From the NCBI RefSeq assembly GCF_003991155.1, contig NZ_CP031294.1: DNA of 64,000 bases; one strand, given 5' to 3'. Under the pieces are notes generated by a model. The model saw only the letters and a list, made by a program, of their open reading frames with translations. It was not told the DNA's origin and made no database searches. This document shows positions 46,418 through 59,366 of this stretch, piece by piece (the first letter of the stretch is position 1; the number at the start of each line of letters is the position of its first letter). The translations under genes were made by a program, and so were the position numbers. Source of the DNA: Escherichia coli. GTDB lineage: Bacteria > Pseudomonadota > Gammaproteobacteria > Enterobacterales > Enterobacteriaceae.

Positions 46418-48451
46418 TTACTTAACCTGGTGGCCTGGTTTAGCACCAGCATCCGGGCTTAACAGGAAGATATCTTTCCCGCCGGGGCCAGCAGCCATCA
46501 CCATGCCTTCGGAGATACCGAAGCGCATTTTACGCGGAGCCAGGTTAGCCACCATAATGGTGTGACGACCAATCAGTGCCTGTGGGTCTGGATAAGCAGA
46601 ACGGATGCCTGAGAAGACATTACGCTTTTCACCACCGAGATCCAGTGTCAGACGCAGCAGTTTGTCAGAACCTTCGACAAACTCCGCGTTTTCAATCAGC
46701 GCCACACGCAGGTCAACTTTGGCGAAGTCGTCAAAGGTGATGGTTTCCTGAATCGGGTCGTCAGCCAGTGGGCCAGTTACCGGTGCAGCTGTGGCTTTCA
46801 CTTCTTCTTTGGATGCTTCCACCAGTGCTTCCACCTGTTTCATATCGATACGGTTATACAATGCCTTGAACGGATTCACTTTATGGCCCAGCAGCGGTTG
46901 CTGGATACCATCCCAGGTCAGTTCTGTATTCAGGAATGCTTCTGCACGTTCAGTCAGTTTCGGCAGTACCGGTTTCAAGTACGTCATCAGCACGCGGAAC
47001 AGGTTAATGCCCATAGAGCAAATCGCCTGCAGATCGGCATCGCGTCCTTCCTGCTTCGCCACCACCCACGGAGCCTGTTCATCGACATATCGGTTAGCCA
47101 GGTCAGCCAATGCCATGATTTCACGGATAGCTTTACCAAATTCGCGGCTTTCCCATGCTTCGCCAATCACTTCAGCGGCATCAGTAAAGGTTTTGTACAG
47201 TTGCGGGTCAGCCAGTTCGCTTGCCAGCACGCCGTCAAAACGCTTGTTGATAAAGCCTGCATTACGGGAGGCCAGGTTAACCACTTTGTTCACGATATCG
47301 GCATTCACGCGCTGAACGAAATCCTCCAGGTTGAGATCGATATCATCAATGCGCGAAGAGAGTTTCGCAGTGTAGTAGTAACGCAGGCTGTCGGCGTCAA
47401 AATGATTCAGCCAGGTGCTGGCTTTAATAAAGGTGCCGCGAGACTTGGACATCTTCGCGCCGTTCACCGTCACATAGCCGTGAACAAACAGGTTGGTCGG
47501 CTTGCGGAAGTTGCTGCCTTCCAGCATGGCAGGCCAGAACAGGCTGTGGAAGTAAACAATATCTTTACCGATGAAGTGGTACAGCTCGGCTGTGGAGTCT
47601 TTCTTCCAGTATTCATCGAAGCTGGTGGTATCGCCGCGCTTGTCGCACAGATTCTTGAAGGAACCCATGTAGCCAATCGGCGCGTCCAGCCAGACGTAGA
47701 AATATTTGCCCGGCGCGTTCGGAATTTCAAAACCGAAGTAAGGCGCATCGCGGGAGATATCCCACTGTTGCAGGCCGGATTCAAACCACTCCTGCATTTT
47801 GTTCGCCACCTGCTCCTGCAACGCACCGCTGCGGGTCCATGCCTGCAACATTTCGCTGAAAGAGGGCAGATCAAAGAAGAAGTGTTCGGAATCACGCATT
47901 ACCGGGGTAGCGCCAGAAACCACCGATTTCGGCTCGATCAATTCAGTCGGGCTATATGTTGCGCCGCAGACTTCACAGTTATCGCCGTATTGATCTGGCG
48001 CTTTACATTTCGGGCAGGTGCCTTTCACAAAACGATCCGGCAGGAACATGCCTTTTTCCGGGTCGTACAACTGAGAGATAGTGCGGTTTTTAATAAAACC
48101 GTTCTCTTTCAGGCGAGTATAGATAAGCTCAGACAGCTGGCGGTTCTCTTCGCTGTGCGTCGAGTGATAGTTGTCATAGCTGATGTTAAAGCCTGCGAAA
48201 TCAGTCTGGTGTTCCTGACTCATTTCGCCAATCATCTGCTCCGGTGTGATACCAAGCTGCTGTGCTTTCAGCATGATCGGCGTACCGTGGGCATCGTCGG
48301 CACAGATGAAATTAACCTCGTGGCCGCGCATTCGCTGGTAACGAACCCAGACATCAGCCTGGATGTGCTCCAGCATATGGCCGAGGTGGATTGAGCCGTT
48401 AGCGTACGGCAGCGCGCACGTCACCAGAATTTTCTTCGCGACTTGGGTCAT
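46418..48451 (-). CDS. metG: methionine--tRNA ligase
   Basis: Near-full-length match by recall to enterobacterial MetG: HIGH-type motif [16 protein letters not shown], zinc knuckle CPKC...C..C, C-terminal tRNA-binding domain; start set at MTQVAKK (ATG 48451), the ORF-track start is an upstream artefact. Confidence 0.95.
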   Translation of the reverse strand: MTQVAKKILVTCALPYANGSIHLGHMLEHIQADVWVRYQRMRGHEVNFICADDAHGTPIMLKAQQLGITPEQMIGEMSQEHQTDFAGFNISYDNYHSTHSEENRQLSELIYTRLKENGFIKNRTISQLYDPEKGMFLPDRFVKGTCPKCKAPDQYGDNCEVCGATYSPTELIEPKSVVSGATPVMRDSEHFFFDLPSFSEMLQAWTRSGALQEQVANKMQEWFESGLQQWDISRDAPYFGFEIPNAPGKYFYVWLDAPIGYMGSFKNLCDKRGDTTSFDEYWKKDSTAELYHFIGKDIVYFHSLFWPAMLEGSNFRKPTNLFVHGYVTVNGAKMSKSRGTFIKASTWLNHFDADSLRYYYTAKLSSRIDDIDLNLEDFVQRVNADIVNKVVNLASRNAGFINKRFDGVLASELADPQLYKTFTDAAEVIGEAWESREFGKAIREIMALADLANRYVDEQAPWVVAKQEGRDADLQAICSMGINLFRVLMTYLKPVLPKLTERAEAFLNTELTWDGIQQPLLGHKVNPFKALYNRIDMKQVEALVEASKEEVKATAAPVTGPLADDPIQETITFDDFAKVDLRVALIENAEFVEGSDKLLRLTLDLGGEKRNVFSGIRSAYPDPQALIGRHTIMVANLAPRKMRFGISEGMVMAAGPGGKDIFLLSPDAGAKPGHQVK

Positions 48452-48608
48452 AGTAGGCATTACTTCTTTGTAGTGAAAAGGGGCTTGATAGTAACAAAAT
48501 GGCCTTATGTCTGCCATGTGATAACAGCATTTCTCATAAATGATTAAATGTCGTAGCTGGAGTACACTACAAGGCGACAATTGCGCAAATTAAAATAAAG
48601 GAGACGGG

Positions 48609-49709
48609 ATGAGCGAGTCCAAATCGCCGGATGCCCTGAGAGCAATGGTAGCCGGTACGCTGGCTAATTTTCAGCACCCAACCCTGAAACACAACCTGAC
48701 TACGCTTAAAGCGTTACACCATGTTGCGTTGATGGATGACACACTGCATGTCGAACTAATCATGCCTTTCGTGTGGAATAAGCCTTTTGAAGACCTGAAA
48801 GAGCAATGTAGTGGTGATCTGCTCCGTATCACTGGCGCAAAGGCTATTGACTGGAAGCTGTCGTACAACATTGCCACGCTTAAGCGCGTCAAAAACCAAC
48901 CAGGCATTAATGGCGTTAAGAACATTATCGCCGTCAGCTCAGGCAAGGGCGGCGTGGGTAAATCCTCCACGGCGGTAAACCTGGCACTGGCGTTGGCTGC
49001 TGAAGGTGCGAAAGTTGGTATTTTGGATGCCGATATCTATGGTCCATCAATTCCAACCATGCTGGGCGCGGAAAACCAACGTCCAACCTCACCTGACGGT
49101 ACTCACATGGCACCTATCATGTCTCATGGCCTGGCAACCAACTCTATTGGTTATCTGGTCACCGACGACAATGCAATGGTGTGGCGTGGACCGATGGCCA
49201 GCAAGGCGCTGATGCAGATGTTGCAGGAAACTCTATGGCCTGATCTGGACTATCTCGTTCTCGATATGCCGCCGGGCACTGGTGATATTCAGTTGACGCT
49301 GGCGCAGAACATTCCTGTAACTGGTGCGGTTGTGGTAACTACGCCGCAAGACATCGCGCTGATCGATGCGAAGAAAGGCATTGTGATGTTCGAAAAAGTC
49401 GAAGTGCCGGTACTGGGTATCGTCGAAAACATGAGTGTGCATATTTGCAGTAACTGCGGTCATCACGAGCCAATTTTTGGCACCGGTGGCGCACAGAAAC
49501 TGGCCGAGAAATACAACACGCAGTTGTTAGGCCAAATGCCACTTCATATCTCTCTTCGTGAAGATCTGGATAACGGAACACCAACCGTTATTAGTCGTCC
49601 AGATAGCGAATTTACGGCTATTTATCGTGACCTCGCAGATCGCGTTGCCGCCCAAATGTATTGGCAAGGTGAAGTAATACCTGGCGAAATCGCATTCCGC
49701 GCAGTGTGA
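48609..49709 (+). CDS. mrp: Fe-S cluster carrier ATPase Mrp/ApbC
   Basis: Walker A SGKGGVGKS, CxxC motif (CSNCGHH), conserved divergent arrangement with metG as in enterobacterial chromosomes. Confidence 0.93.
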   Translation: MSESKSPDALRAMVAGTLANFQHPTLKHNLTTLKALHHVALMDDTLHVELIMPFVWNKPFEDLKEQCSGDLLRITGAKAIDWKLSYNIATLKRVKNQPGINGVKNIIAVSSGKGGVGKSSTAVNLALALAAEGAKVGILDADIYGPSIPTMLGAENQRPTSPDGTHMAPIMSHGLATNSIGYLVTDDNAMVWRGPMASKALMQMLQETLWPDLDYLVLDMPPGTGDIQLTLAQNIPVTGAVVVTTPQDIALIDAKKGIVMFEKVEVPVLGIVENMSVHICSNCGHHEPIFGTGGAQKLAEKYNTQLLGQMPLHISLREDLDNGTPTVISRPDSEFTAIYRDLADRVAAQMYWQGEVIPGEIAFRAV

Positions 49710-49714
49710 TAAAA

Positions 49715-49734
49715 GGCGGTGCATTGCACCGCCT
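49715..49734. terminator. hairpin between convergent mrp and umuD'-like genes (ggcggtgca-ttgcaccgcc)
   Basis: Inverted repeat read directly. Confidence 0.55.
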
Positions 49735-49745
49735 AATCAGTTCTC

Positions 49746-50135
49746 CTACATCACGGGACAATCATCAAACTCGCCACTTCTTGCGTCGTTGATAATGTGA
49801 GTGATCACACCAAACACGGCATTGCTGCCCGTGCATCCATCGTCATCCTTTGGCAATGCTTCCTTCTTACCGGTTCTTAAATCCTCCAGATGCTGACGTG
49901 GGTACTTCCGGTATCTTTTTACGCGATATTCCCCATCCAGAGCGCATACAAGCAGAGAACCATCAACCGGGGTAAGTGAGGAATCGACCACCAGCAATGC
50001 ACCCTGTAATATTCCCTCACGATGATGACTATCAGCTGCCCTCATGAAGTAGGTCGCTGAAGGATGTCTAATTATCTGCTGATCAAGAGAAATACGGCTC
50101 TCAGCATAATCCGCCGCAGGAGAAGGGAAGCCCAT
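49746..50135 (-). CDS. UmuD'-like (pre-cleaved UmuD / HumD-type) S24 peptidase-fold protein
   Basis: Begins M-GFPSPAADY, i.e. at the position of the UmuD self-cleavage product; lacks the N-terminal arm; divergent C-terminal tail. Confidence 0.7.
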   Translation of the reverse strand: MGFPSPAADYAESRISLDQQIIRHPSATYFMRAADSHHREGILQGALLVVDSSLTPVDGSLLVCALDGEYRVKRYRKYPRQHLEDLRTGKKEALPKDDDGCTGSNAVFGVITHIINDARSGEFDDCPVM

Positions 50136-50233
50136 AGCGTTTTCACCTCAGAGTACTGTTTATCCATACAGTATACATTAAAGATGCTTGAAGTGTGCAA
50201 TAGCGCGATGCTTTGCGCTCGTCTGGTGGCGCG

Positions 50234-50485
50234 TTATTTTTTGGCTATATCTTCTTTCTGATATACCGGATCGTTTCCTTTTGGCAGCAGGAGGCTTAAC
50301 TGCCGGTAGTGCCGTAGCCGTTCCATGAAATAGGTGCGCAGGTTCTCAGGTTGCTCACGGGCTACCTGTTCCGCTATGACGGGTATGTTCAATCGCTCTT
50401 TGTAGGCAACCCCCCTGGCAGCCAGGTCAACGTTAACTTTATTCCTTTCTTCCTGGCTTTTGGCTGCTATGTTCCAGTTGCTCAT
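50234..50485 (-). CDS. hypothetical protein
   Basis: 83 aa ORF. Confidence 0.4.
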   Translation of the reverse strand: MSNWNIAAKSQEERNKVNVDLAARGVAYKERLNIPVIAEQVAREQPENLRTYFMERLRHYRQLSLLLPKGNDPVYQKEDIAKK

Positions 50486-50747
50486 GTTTAAGGCTCACAT
50501 TTCCAGATGGTATTCTGAACACCCGTACCAGGCGCAAGATGAGGGTTAGCGTTCGCGCTATGCAGATATACAGCTTTAGACTTTCCGTATTGCTGACAGG
50601 CTTTATCTGCGTTTTTTGGCAGGCTATCCAAGCCAATACCAGCCATCGAACTGGATGCTAACCTTTTCACCGTCATTGTATTGCACCATCGCACACCCAG
50701 ACATAGCTAAAATCGCACCGACAATACCGCTTTTCCAAAAAGCTCTA

Positions 50748-50769
50748 ATTAGGTCATTCGTTACCTAAT
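50748..50769. promoter_or_regulatory. inverted repeat attaggt-N8-acctaat upstream of hsdM (candidate operator)
   Basis: Read directly. Confidence 0.3.
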
Positions 50770-50837
50770 GTCCGAACTGCTAAAGCATCCAAGTTGCTGT
50801 AGAATCACATCCAATTACTTAAACCTGAAATAAGTGG

Positions 50838-52396
50838 ATGAAAATGACAAGTATTCAACAACGTGCAGAGCTTCATCGCCAGATCTGGCAAATTGCTAAC
50901 GATGTCAGGGGTTCAGTCGATGGATGGGATTTTAAGCAGTACGTTTTGGGCGCGCTTTTTTACCGTTTTATCAGCGAAAATTTTTCCAGTTATATTGAAG
51001 CCGGTGATGACAGTATCTGTTATGCGAAACTGGATGACAGCGTAATTACTGATGACATTAAAGACGATGCCATCAAAACTAAAGGCTACTTCATCTACCC
51101 CAGTCAGCTTTTCTGCAACGTAGCTGCGAAAGCAAATACTAATGACAGACTGAATGCAGATTTAAACAGCATCTTCGTTGCTATCGAAAGTTCTGCTTAC
51201 GGTTATCCTTCAGAAGCTGACATCAAAGGTTTGTTTGCTGATTTCGATACCACCAGTAACCGCCTGGGTAACACCGTTAAAGATAAAAATGCCCGCTTGG
51301 CTGCGGTTCTGAAAGGGGTTGAAGGGCTAAAACTTGGTGACTTCCATGAACATCAGATTGACCTGTTCGGTGACGCCTATGAGTTCCTGATTTCTAACTA
51401 TGCGGCGAATGCCGGTAAGTCCGGCGGCGAGTTCTTTACACCGCAGCACGTCTCTAAGCTGATTGCACAACTGGCTATGCACGGGCAGACCCACGTTAAC
51501 AAAATCTACGACCCGGCAGCAGGCTCCGGTTCGCTGTTGTTGCAGGCGAAAAAACAGTTTGATGACCATATCATCGAAGAAGGTTTTTTTGGTCAGGAAA
51601 TCAACCATACGACCTATAACCTGGCGCGTATGAACATGTTTTTGCACAACATCAACTACGACAAGTTTGATATCAAGCTGGGTAATACACTGACTGAGCC
51701 GCACTTCAGAGATGAAAAACCGTTTGATGCCATCGTTTCTAACCCGCCGTATTCGGTGAAATGGATTGGCAGCGATGACCCGACGCTGATTAACGATGAA
51801 CGTTTTGCCCCGGCTGGCGTTCTGGCCCCCAAATCCAAAGCTGACTTTGCGTTTGTATTACATGCGCTGAACTATCTTTCGGCCAAAGGTCGCGCTGCGA
51901 TTGTCTGCTTCCCAGGCATTTTTTACCGTGGCGGCGCGGAGCAGAAAATCCGTCAGTATCTGGTCGACAATAACTATGTCGAAACCGTGATTTCACTGGC
52001 ACCGAATCTGTTCTTTGGCACCACTATTGCCGTCAATATTCTGGTGCTGTCTAAACATAAAACGGATACCAAAGTTCAGTTTATTGATGCCAGCGAACTG
52101 TTCAAAAAAGAGACTAACAACAACATTCTGACCGATGCTCATATCGAACAGATTATGCAGGTATTTGCCAGCAAGGAAGATGTTGCTCATCTGGCGAAAT
52201 CTGTTGCGTTTGAGACTGTTGTCGCGAATGACTATAACCTGTCGGTGAGCAGCTATGTGGAAGCGAAAGATACTCGCGAAATTATCGATATCGCTGAGCT
52301 GAATGCTGAGCTGAAAACCACGGTCAGCAAAATCGACCAGTTGCGTAAAGATATTGATGCGATTGTTGCTGAGATTGAAGGTAGCGAGGTACAGGC

Positions 52397-52400
<4 letters not shown>
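50838..52400 (+). CDS. hsdM: Type I restriction-modification N6-adenine DNA methyltransferase subunit
   Basis: NPPY motif ([10 protein letters not shown]), AdoMet-binding motif, 520 aa; operon with hsdS and hsdR. Confidence 0.93.
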
Positions 52401-53656
<1,256 letters not shown>

Positions 53657-53777
53657 TTGACCATTGCTACCGACCGGATCACCTTAACATCCGGTCTATA
53701 TAGAGACTATTTTTTACACGCCGGAAGTCGCCCTTAAAGCCCTTCCGGCCCTTGCCAGACGGCACAAAGGATGCGCT

Positions 53778-56700
53778 ATGACTCATCAGACACACACCAT
53801 TGCTGAATCCAATAACTTTATCGTTCTTGATAAGTACATCAAAGCCGAGCAAACAGGCGACAGCTACCAGAGCGAATCGGACCTGGAACGTGAACTGATT
53901 CAGGATCTGCGGAATCAGGGCTATGAATTTATTTCCGTAAAATCTCAGTCGGCGATGCTGGCCAACGTTCGGGAACAGCTTCAGAGCCTCAATGGTGTGA
54001 TGTTTAATGACAGCGAGTGGCGGCGCTTCACGGAGCAGTATCTGGACAACCCCAGCGATGGTATTCTGGATAAAACCCGTAAAATCCATATCGACTATAT
54101 CTGCGACTTTATTTTTGACGACGGGCGACTTGAGAACATCTATTTGATAGATAAAAAGAATCTCATGCGCAATAAGGTGCAGATTATCCAGCAGTTTGAA
54201 CAGACGGGTTCTCATGCTAACCGTTATGACGTCACGATCCTGGTTAATGGTTTACCGCTGGTGCAAATCGAACTAAAAAAACGCGGGGTGGCGATTCGTG
54301 AGGCTTTCAACCAGATACATCGTTACAGTAAAGAGAGTTTTAACAGCGAAAATTCCCTGTTTAAGTATCTGCAACTGTTTGTCATTTCTAACGGCACCGA
54401 TACCCGTTATTTTGCCAACACGACAAAGCGCGATAAAAACAGTTTTGACTTCACCATGAATTGGGCGAAATCAGACAACACGCTGATTAAAGACCTCAAA
54501 GACTTTACCGCTACCTTTTTCCAGAAACATACTCTGCTGAATGTTCTGGTGAACTACAGCGTTTTTGACAGTAGTCAGACGCTACTGGTGATGCGACCGT
54601 ACCAGATTGCCGCCACCGAGCGCATTCTGTGGAAAATTAAGAGTTCCTTTACAGCGAAGAACTGGTCAAAACCGGAAAGCGGTGGGTATATCTGGCATAC
54701 TACCGGTTCTGGTAAAACCCTCACCAGCTTTAAAGCCGCGCGTCTGGCAACAGAGCTGGACTTTATTGATAAAGTCTTCTTTGTGGTCGACAGGAAAGAC
54801 CTCGATTACCAGACCATGAAGGAATATCAGCGTTTTTCGCCAGACAGCGTCAACGGCTCGGAAAATACCGCAGGCCTTAAACGAAATCTGGATAAGGACG
54901 ATAACAAAATTATCGTCACTACTATTCAGAAACTCAATAACCTGATGAAAGCAGAAAGCGACCTGCCTGTATATAATCAGCAAGTGGTGTTTATATTTGA
55001 TGAATGCCACCGCAGCCAGTTTGGAGAAGCGCAGAAAAACCTGAAGAAGAAATTCAAACGCTATTATCAGTTTGGTTTTACCGGCACCCCTATTTTCCCG
55101 GAAAACGCTTTAGGCTCAGAAACGACCGCCAGCGTATTTGGTCGTGAATTGCATTCGTATGTAATTACCGATGCGATTCGTGATGAAAAAGTGCTCAAAT
55201 TCAAGGTGGACTACAACGATGTGCGGCCACAGTTTAAATCTTTAGAGACAGAAACCGACGAGAAAAAACTGAGTGCGGCTGAAAATCAGCAGGCATTTCT
55301 TCATCCCATGCGTATACAGGAAATTACGCAATATATTCTGAATAACTTCCGCCAGAAGACCCACCGTACTTTCCCAGGTTCCAAAGGCTTTAATGCCATG
55401 CTGGCAGTGAGTAGCGTGGATGCCGCGAAAGCCTATTACGCGACGTTTAAACGGTTACAAGAGGAAGCAGCTAATAAATCGGCTACCTATAAACCGCTGC
55501 GTGTTGCAACAATCTTCTCCTTTGCCGCCAATGAAGAACAAAATGCCATTGGTGAAATTTCCGATGAAACTTTTGATACCAGCGCAATGGACAGCAGTGC
55601 TAAAGAGTTTCTTGACGCTGCAATTCGTGAGTATAACAGCTATTTTAAAACTAACTTCAGCACCGACAGTAACGGTTTTCAGAACTACTATCGTGATTTA
55701 GCCCAACGGGTTAAAAATCAGGATATCGATCTGTTAATTGTCGTTGGGATGTTTTTAACCGGCTTCGACGCTCCAACATTGAACACGCTATTCGTCGATA
55801 AAAACTTGCGTTTTCACGGCCTGATGCAGGCATTCTCCCGTACCAACCGCATTTATGACGCTACTAAAACCTTCGGTAACATCGTCACTTTTCGGGATCT
55901 GGAACGCTCAACCATTGATGCCATAACGCTGTTTGGTGATAAAAATACTAAAAATGTGGTGTTAGAAAAGAGTTATGCTGAGTATATGGAAGGCTTTACA
56001 GATGCTGCCACTGGTGAAGCTAAACGCGGCTTTATGGCAGTAGTTTCAGAACTGGAACAACGGTTCCCTGACCCTGCCAGTATTGAAAGTGAAAAACAGA
56101 AGAAAGACTTCGTAAAACTGTTTGGTGAATACCTGCGTGCCGAGAACATCCTGCAAAACTATGATGAATTTGCCACGCTGAAAGCCCTGCAACAAATCGA
56201 TCTTAGCGATCCTGTTGCGGTAGAAAAATTCAAAGCAGAACATTATGTGGATGATGAAAAGTTCGCTGAATTGCAAACAATTCGTCTCCCTGCTGAACGC
56301 AAGATTCAGGATTATCGTTCTGCCTATAACGATATTCGCGACTGGCAGCGCCGTGAGAAAGAAGCTGAGAAAAAAGAGAAATCAACCACTGACTGGGATG
56401 ACGTAGTTTTTGAGGTCGATTTGCTGAAGTCTCAGGAAATAAACCTGGATTATATCCTTGGACTGATTTTCGAACACAACAGACAAAATAAAGGCAAGGG
56501 CGAAATGATCGAAGAGGTCAAACGCTTAATTCGTTCAAGCCTGGGGAACCGGGCGAAAGAGGGCCTGGTGGTCGATTTTATTCAGCAAACGAACCTGGAT
56601 GATTTACCAGACAAAGCCAGTATCATTGAGGCATTCTTTACGTTTGCTCAACGCGAACAGCAACGTGAAGCAGAAGCATTGATAAAAGAAGAAAATCTCA

Positions 56701-56894
56701 ATGAAGAGGCGGCGAAACGCTATATTCGCACGTCTTTAAAACGCGAATACGCCACCGAAAATGGCACAGAATTAAACGAGACATTACCAAAACTTAGTCC
56801 GTTAAACCCGCAATATAAAACGAAAAAACAGACCGTTTTCCAGAAAATCGTCACGTTTATTGAAAAGTTCAAAGGAGTAGGTGGGCAGATATAG
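53778..56894 (+). CDS. hsdR: Type I restriction enzyme endonuclease/translocase subunit (EcoR124I HsdR-like)
   Basis: 1038 aa; SF2 helicase motifs (TGSGKT, DECHR), N-terminal nuclease domain; sequence recalled as very close to EcoR124I HsdR. Confidence 0.93.
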   Translation: MTHQTHTIAESNNFIVLDKYIKAEQTGDSYQSESDLERELIQDLRNQGYEFISVKSQSAMLANVREQLQSLNGVMFNDSEWRRFTEQYLDNPSDGILDKTRKIHIDYICDFIFDDGRLENIYLIDKKNLMRNKVQIIQQFEQTGSHANRYDVTILVNGLPLVQIELKKRGVAIREAFNQIHRYSKESFNSENSLFKYLQLFVISNGTDTRYFANTTKRDKNSFDFTMNWAKSDNTLIKDLKDFTATFFQKHTLLNVLVNYSVFDSSQTLLVMRPYQIAATERILWKIKSSFTAKNWSKPESGGYIWHTTGSGKTLTSFKAARLATELDFIDKVFFVVDRKDLDYQTMKEYQRFSPDSVNGSENTAGLKRNLDKDDNKIIVTTIQKLNNLMKAESDLPVYNQQVVFIFDECHRSQFGEAQKNLKKKFKRYYQFGFTGTPIFPENALGSETTASVFGRELHSYVITDAIRDEKVLKFKVDYNDVRPQFKSLETETDEKKLSAAENQQAFLHPMRIQEITQYILNNFRQKTHRTFPGSKGFNAMLAVSSVDAAKAYYATFKRLQEEAANKSATYKPLRVATIFSFAANEEQNAIGEISDETFDTSAMDSSAKEFLDAAIREYNSYFKTNFSTDSNGFQNYYRDLAQRVKNQDIDLLIVVGMFLTGFDAPTLNTLFVDKNLRFHGLMQAFSRTNRIYDATKTFGNIVTFRDLERSTIDAITLFGDKNTKNVVLEKSYAEYMEGFTDAATGEAKRGFMAVVSELEQRFPDPASIESEKQKKDFVKLFGEYLRAENILQNYDEFATLKALQQIDLSDPVAVEKFKAEHYVDDEKFAELQTIRLPAERKIQDYRSAYNDIRDWQRREKEAEKKEKSTTDWDDVVFEVDLLKSQEINLDYILGLIFEHNRQNKGKGEMIEEVKRLIRSSLGNRAKEGLVVDFIQQTNLDDLPDKASIIEAFFTFAQREQQREAEALIKEENLNEEAAKRYIRTSLKREYATENGTELNETLPKLSPLNPQYKTKKQTVFQKIVTFIEKFKGVGGQI

Positions 56895-56952
56895 TGTATT
56901 AATCTGAACCAGATCTGGCAGACATCTGTGCAAATTGCAGATAGCTGTCAGA

Positions 56953-57363
56953 TCAAACCATCGTAGGGATGTTTGTATCCACTTTGAACTCAGGTACACC
57001 AACGAACTCTTTAACCTTCATCTGGTAGCCGGTTCTGTCAGTTTTGATGACTTCCTGTTTGCCCTCTATAAACTGCTCACGCCACTCGTCGCGACGGGAA
57101 GCTGGCATGATCAGCAAAACGTTAGTCATATCCGTGACCTTCCTCCAGTACTCGGCCCAAATATTCTGTTTCACCCATTCCAGATCGACTTTATCCAGCC
57201 AAGCTCGATTCAAACGTGAGCGTTCTTCATCTGGTCGATGGTTTAGTCTCAGCAGGCGATTAATCATGTTGTGGCGTTCGTCGCCATAAACGAAGTCGTG
57301 TACCTGATACATGAAGGCGATCTCTTTCTCGCACTCGGCCACGATTTCGTGGATGACATTCAT
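56953..57363 (-). CDS. hypothetical protein
   Basis: 136 aa ORF; heptamer repeat directly upstream of start. Confidence 0.45.
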   Translation of the reverse strand: MNVIHEIVAECEKEIAFMYQVHDFVYGDERHNMINRLLRLNHRPDEERSRLNRAWLDKVDLEWVKQNIWAEYWRKVTDMTNVLLIMPASRRDEWREQFIEGKQEVIKTDRTGYQMKVKEFVGVPEFKVDTNIPTMV

Positions 57364-57370
57364 TTCCTGC

Positions 57371-57398
57371 CGATAGTCGATAGTCGATAGTCGATAGC
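57371..57398. repeat. heptanucleotide tandem repeat (CGATAGT)x4, 8 bp upstream of the 57363 start codon
   Basis: Read directly. Confidence 0.85.
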
Positions 57399-57443
57399 AG
57401 CGTTTGAGTTGGGATCGTCGATGATGGAAAGGGCTGTATTCAT

Positions 57444-57484
57444 AATAGCACCATTAAGAAGTGATTTGTTTAATGGTGCTATTA
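57444..57484. terminator. 14-bp-stem hairpin (aatagcaccattaa...ttaatggtgctatt)
   Basis: Read directly; downstream of gene 57547..58218. Confidence 0.5.
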
Positions 57485-57546
57485 TTTCAAAAATGAAAAG
57501 GTACTAAATAGAAATAAACAGGCAATCCTTCAAATAAAGGCATTGG

Positions 57547-58218
57547 CTAATCATACTTGGAGGTATTTATCACCAGAATTTTGTTTGTATAAATCTTCTT
57601 AATATCCCATGTGACATTACCGGAATACCATTGACCGTTATATACTTGGTTTCCAGTTGCACCTGTCATTGTTACATAGACAGGTCTGTCGTAATCGGTT
57701 CGTCTATAGTTATATACTCCAACCATAGCAGGCATTACCGCACATGGATACCCCATATCTATTGTAAATTGAGGGTCAGAAATAGTGATAAGTTTCGCAT
57801 CAAGGGGCATCATCTCACCGTGATACACCATTGCGCCTGCGCTGTTATACATGGCAATGCCATAGCCAGAATGTGGTAACACCATATCAGAAAAAGCATA
57901 AACTGTTATTGTTCCGGGGCTACCATTTACCTGATGCAATCTGAGAGCATTGTATCCGTTACTATGTTCATGAATAAACATCATGTTCGCCTTATTACTG
58001 CTTTTTATGAAAAAAAAACATGATTTGTTTGATGGGATTGATGTTTGAAAAACAGAACCTTTAGATGTAGACATTGTCCCTTTATTAATCAGATTTTGCG
58101 GAGTAAATTCAGGACTCATCCACAAACTTCCATCTGATTGAGTAATTGACATCCCGAACATAATTATCCCCAGTATGTGTATATGTAAGAACCAAGCCCC
58201 GTATATAAATTTGACCAA
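57547..58218 (-). CDS. hypothetical protein (AT-rich; contains T9 homopolymer on coding strand)
   Basis: 223 aa ORF; overlaps upstream ORF by 55 nt in another frame. Confidence 0.4.
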   Translation of the reverse strand: MVKFIYGAWFLHIHILGIIMFGMSITQSDGSLWMSPEFTPQNLINKGTMSTSKGSVFQTSIPSNKSCFFFIKSSNKANMMFIHEHSNGYNALRLHQVNGSPGTITVYAFSDMVLPHSGYGIAMYNSAGAMVYHGEMMPLDAKLITISDPQFTIDMGYPCAVMPAMVGVYNYRRTDYDRPVYVTMTGATGNQVYNGQWYSGNVTWDIKKIYTNKILVINTSKYD

Positions 58219-58445
58219 CTAACCGTATTTCCATTAATAGTAACATTTGGAACAGGTAAATTGATGTAGTTGTCGTTGTTAAGAGGCATTAATGACCACA
58301 CGGCATGTAGTGATTTACCCGGTGGCGGATTAGAGTACGTCTTAGAGCCTGATGACGCCGTAAATCGATCAAGAAAAAAAATAGGTGTAAGGAAGCCAGT
58401 AACGTTAATTCCTTTATTGTTGTAAATCCCTGTACCGTATGCCAT
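58164..58445 (-). CDS. hypothetical protein (possibly N-terminal part of a frameshifted gene with 57547..58218)
   Basis: 93 aa ORF, AT-rich. Confidence 0.3.
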   Translation of the reverse strand: MAYGTGIYNNKGINVTGFLTPIFFLDRFTASSGSKTYSNPPPGKSLHAVWSLMPLNNDNYINLPVPNVTINGNTVSWSNLYTGLGSYIYTYWG

Positions 58446-58499
58446 TTTTCACCCTTGTTTTTATCAACACAATATGGCCGATCATGCGGCCATATCAGA

Positions 58500-59069
58500 T
58501 CAATTAGAGCTTTGAAAGACTTTGTGTGGTTGTGTTGCGAGGTTATGTCGATGGCTTAACTCACGCATCATGTCTTCAAGGCGACTCTTTGTGTCGTCGA
58601 GTTGGTCGGCCATTGCTCCCAAAAGCTGACGAACGGCCATAGGATCATCGCTGTTTAGTGATGGCATTTTATAACCCGCCTGAGAAGACATAAGATTGAA
58701 CGCAGACATCAACATCGTTAGAGAGGATTTAAGCCCAGCAATTTCACGATCTTTGCTGGCAATAATCGTCTCACTCTTGTTAGTGTCATCAGTTCGTTGA
58801 GTCTCGCTCACCATATCCAAAGTCGCCTGCAACTTATCAGCGCGCTCTTTTTCAGCAAGATAATGAACACCGAAATGATGTGCTAAAGCTACAACCTGAG
58901 TTGGCTCTTCAAAGGTGGACTCAAAATTAAGTGCTGTAACCACTCTCTCAAATATGGAAACGTCTTCTATTCCTCGAAGAATGGCTAACATTTTGACCAG
59001 TTCATTAGCATCCATTTCTTCGAATAAGGCGTTTTGTTCATCAGCTATCGCTTTGCATTTCTTGCACAT
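58500..59069 (-). CDS. hypothetical protein
   Basis: 189 aa; family-2 box upstream. Confidence 0.5.
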   Translation of the reverse strand: MCKKCKAIADEQNALFEEMDANELVKMLAILRGIEDVSIFERVVTALNFESTFEEPTQVVALAHHFGVHYLAEKERADKLQATLDMVSETQRTDDTNKSETIIASKDREIAGLKSSLTMLMSAFNLMSSQAGYKMPSLNSDDPMAVRQLLGAMADQLDDTKSRLEDMMRELSHRHNLATQPHKVFQSSN

Positions 59070-59084
59070 GTGTTTTTCCTAATT

Positions 59085-59119
59085 CTTAAACAAGTTGTTT
59101 TCTTATTGGCTTTATTGTG
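59085..59119 (-). promoter_or_regulatory. family-2 promoter/operator-like box
   Basis: cttaaacaagttgttttcttattggctttattgtg. Confidence 0.6.
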
Positions 59120-59366
59120 ATGTGGCATAAAAGGGGAGCAAGCTAAACGTAAAGGTGCAAACTCTCTATTTCGGTCAACGAAACACAAGGGCCATTTGGC
59201 CCTTGTTATTAACACGTTGCTTTACGGACTAGCGGATAAGCGAAGTAGATCGCCAGACCAATGAGGACGCCATCAGAAATGACAGACATCATCTTTCCCG
59301 TAAAATCCACCAACACCGCCATCACCAGAAGAGCAATGACGATCACAAGCCGGAATCTCTCAAGCA

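Noticed and set aside
46883-48394. 503-aa plus-strand ORF antisense to metG, and 47470..47895 minus-strand ORF in an alternate frame
   Set aside because: metG is unambiguous on the minus strand; antisense and alternate-frame ORFs in a GC-balanced housekeeping gene are spurious.
53679-54215. 178-aa minus-strand ORF overlapping the hsdS-hsdR junction and hsdR 5' end
   Set aside because: Overlaps a strongly supported hsdR; no motif; likely artefact, though the two hairpins in the intergenic part are real sequence features.
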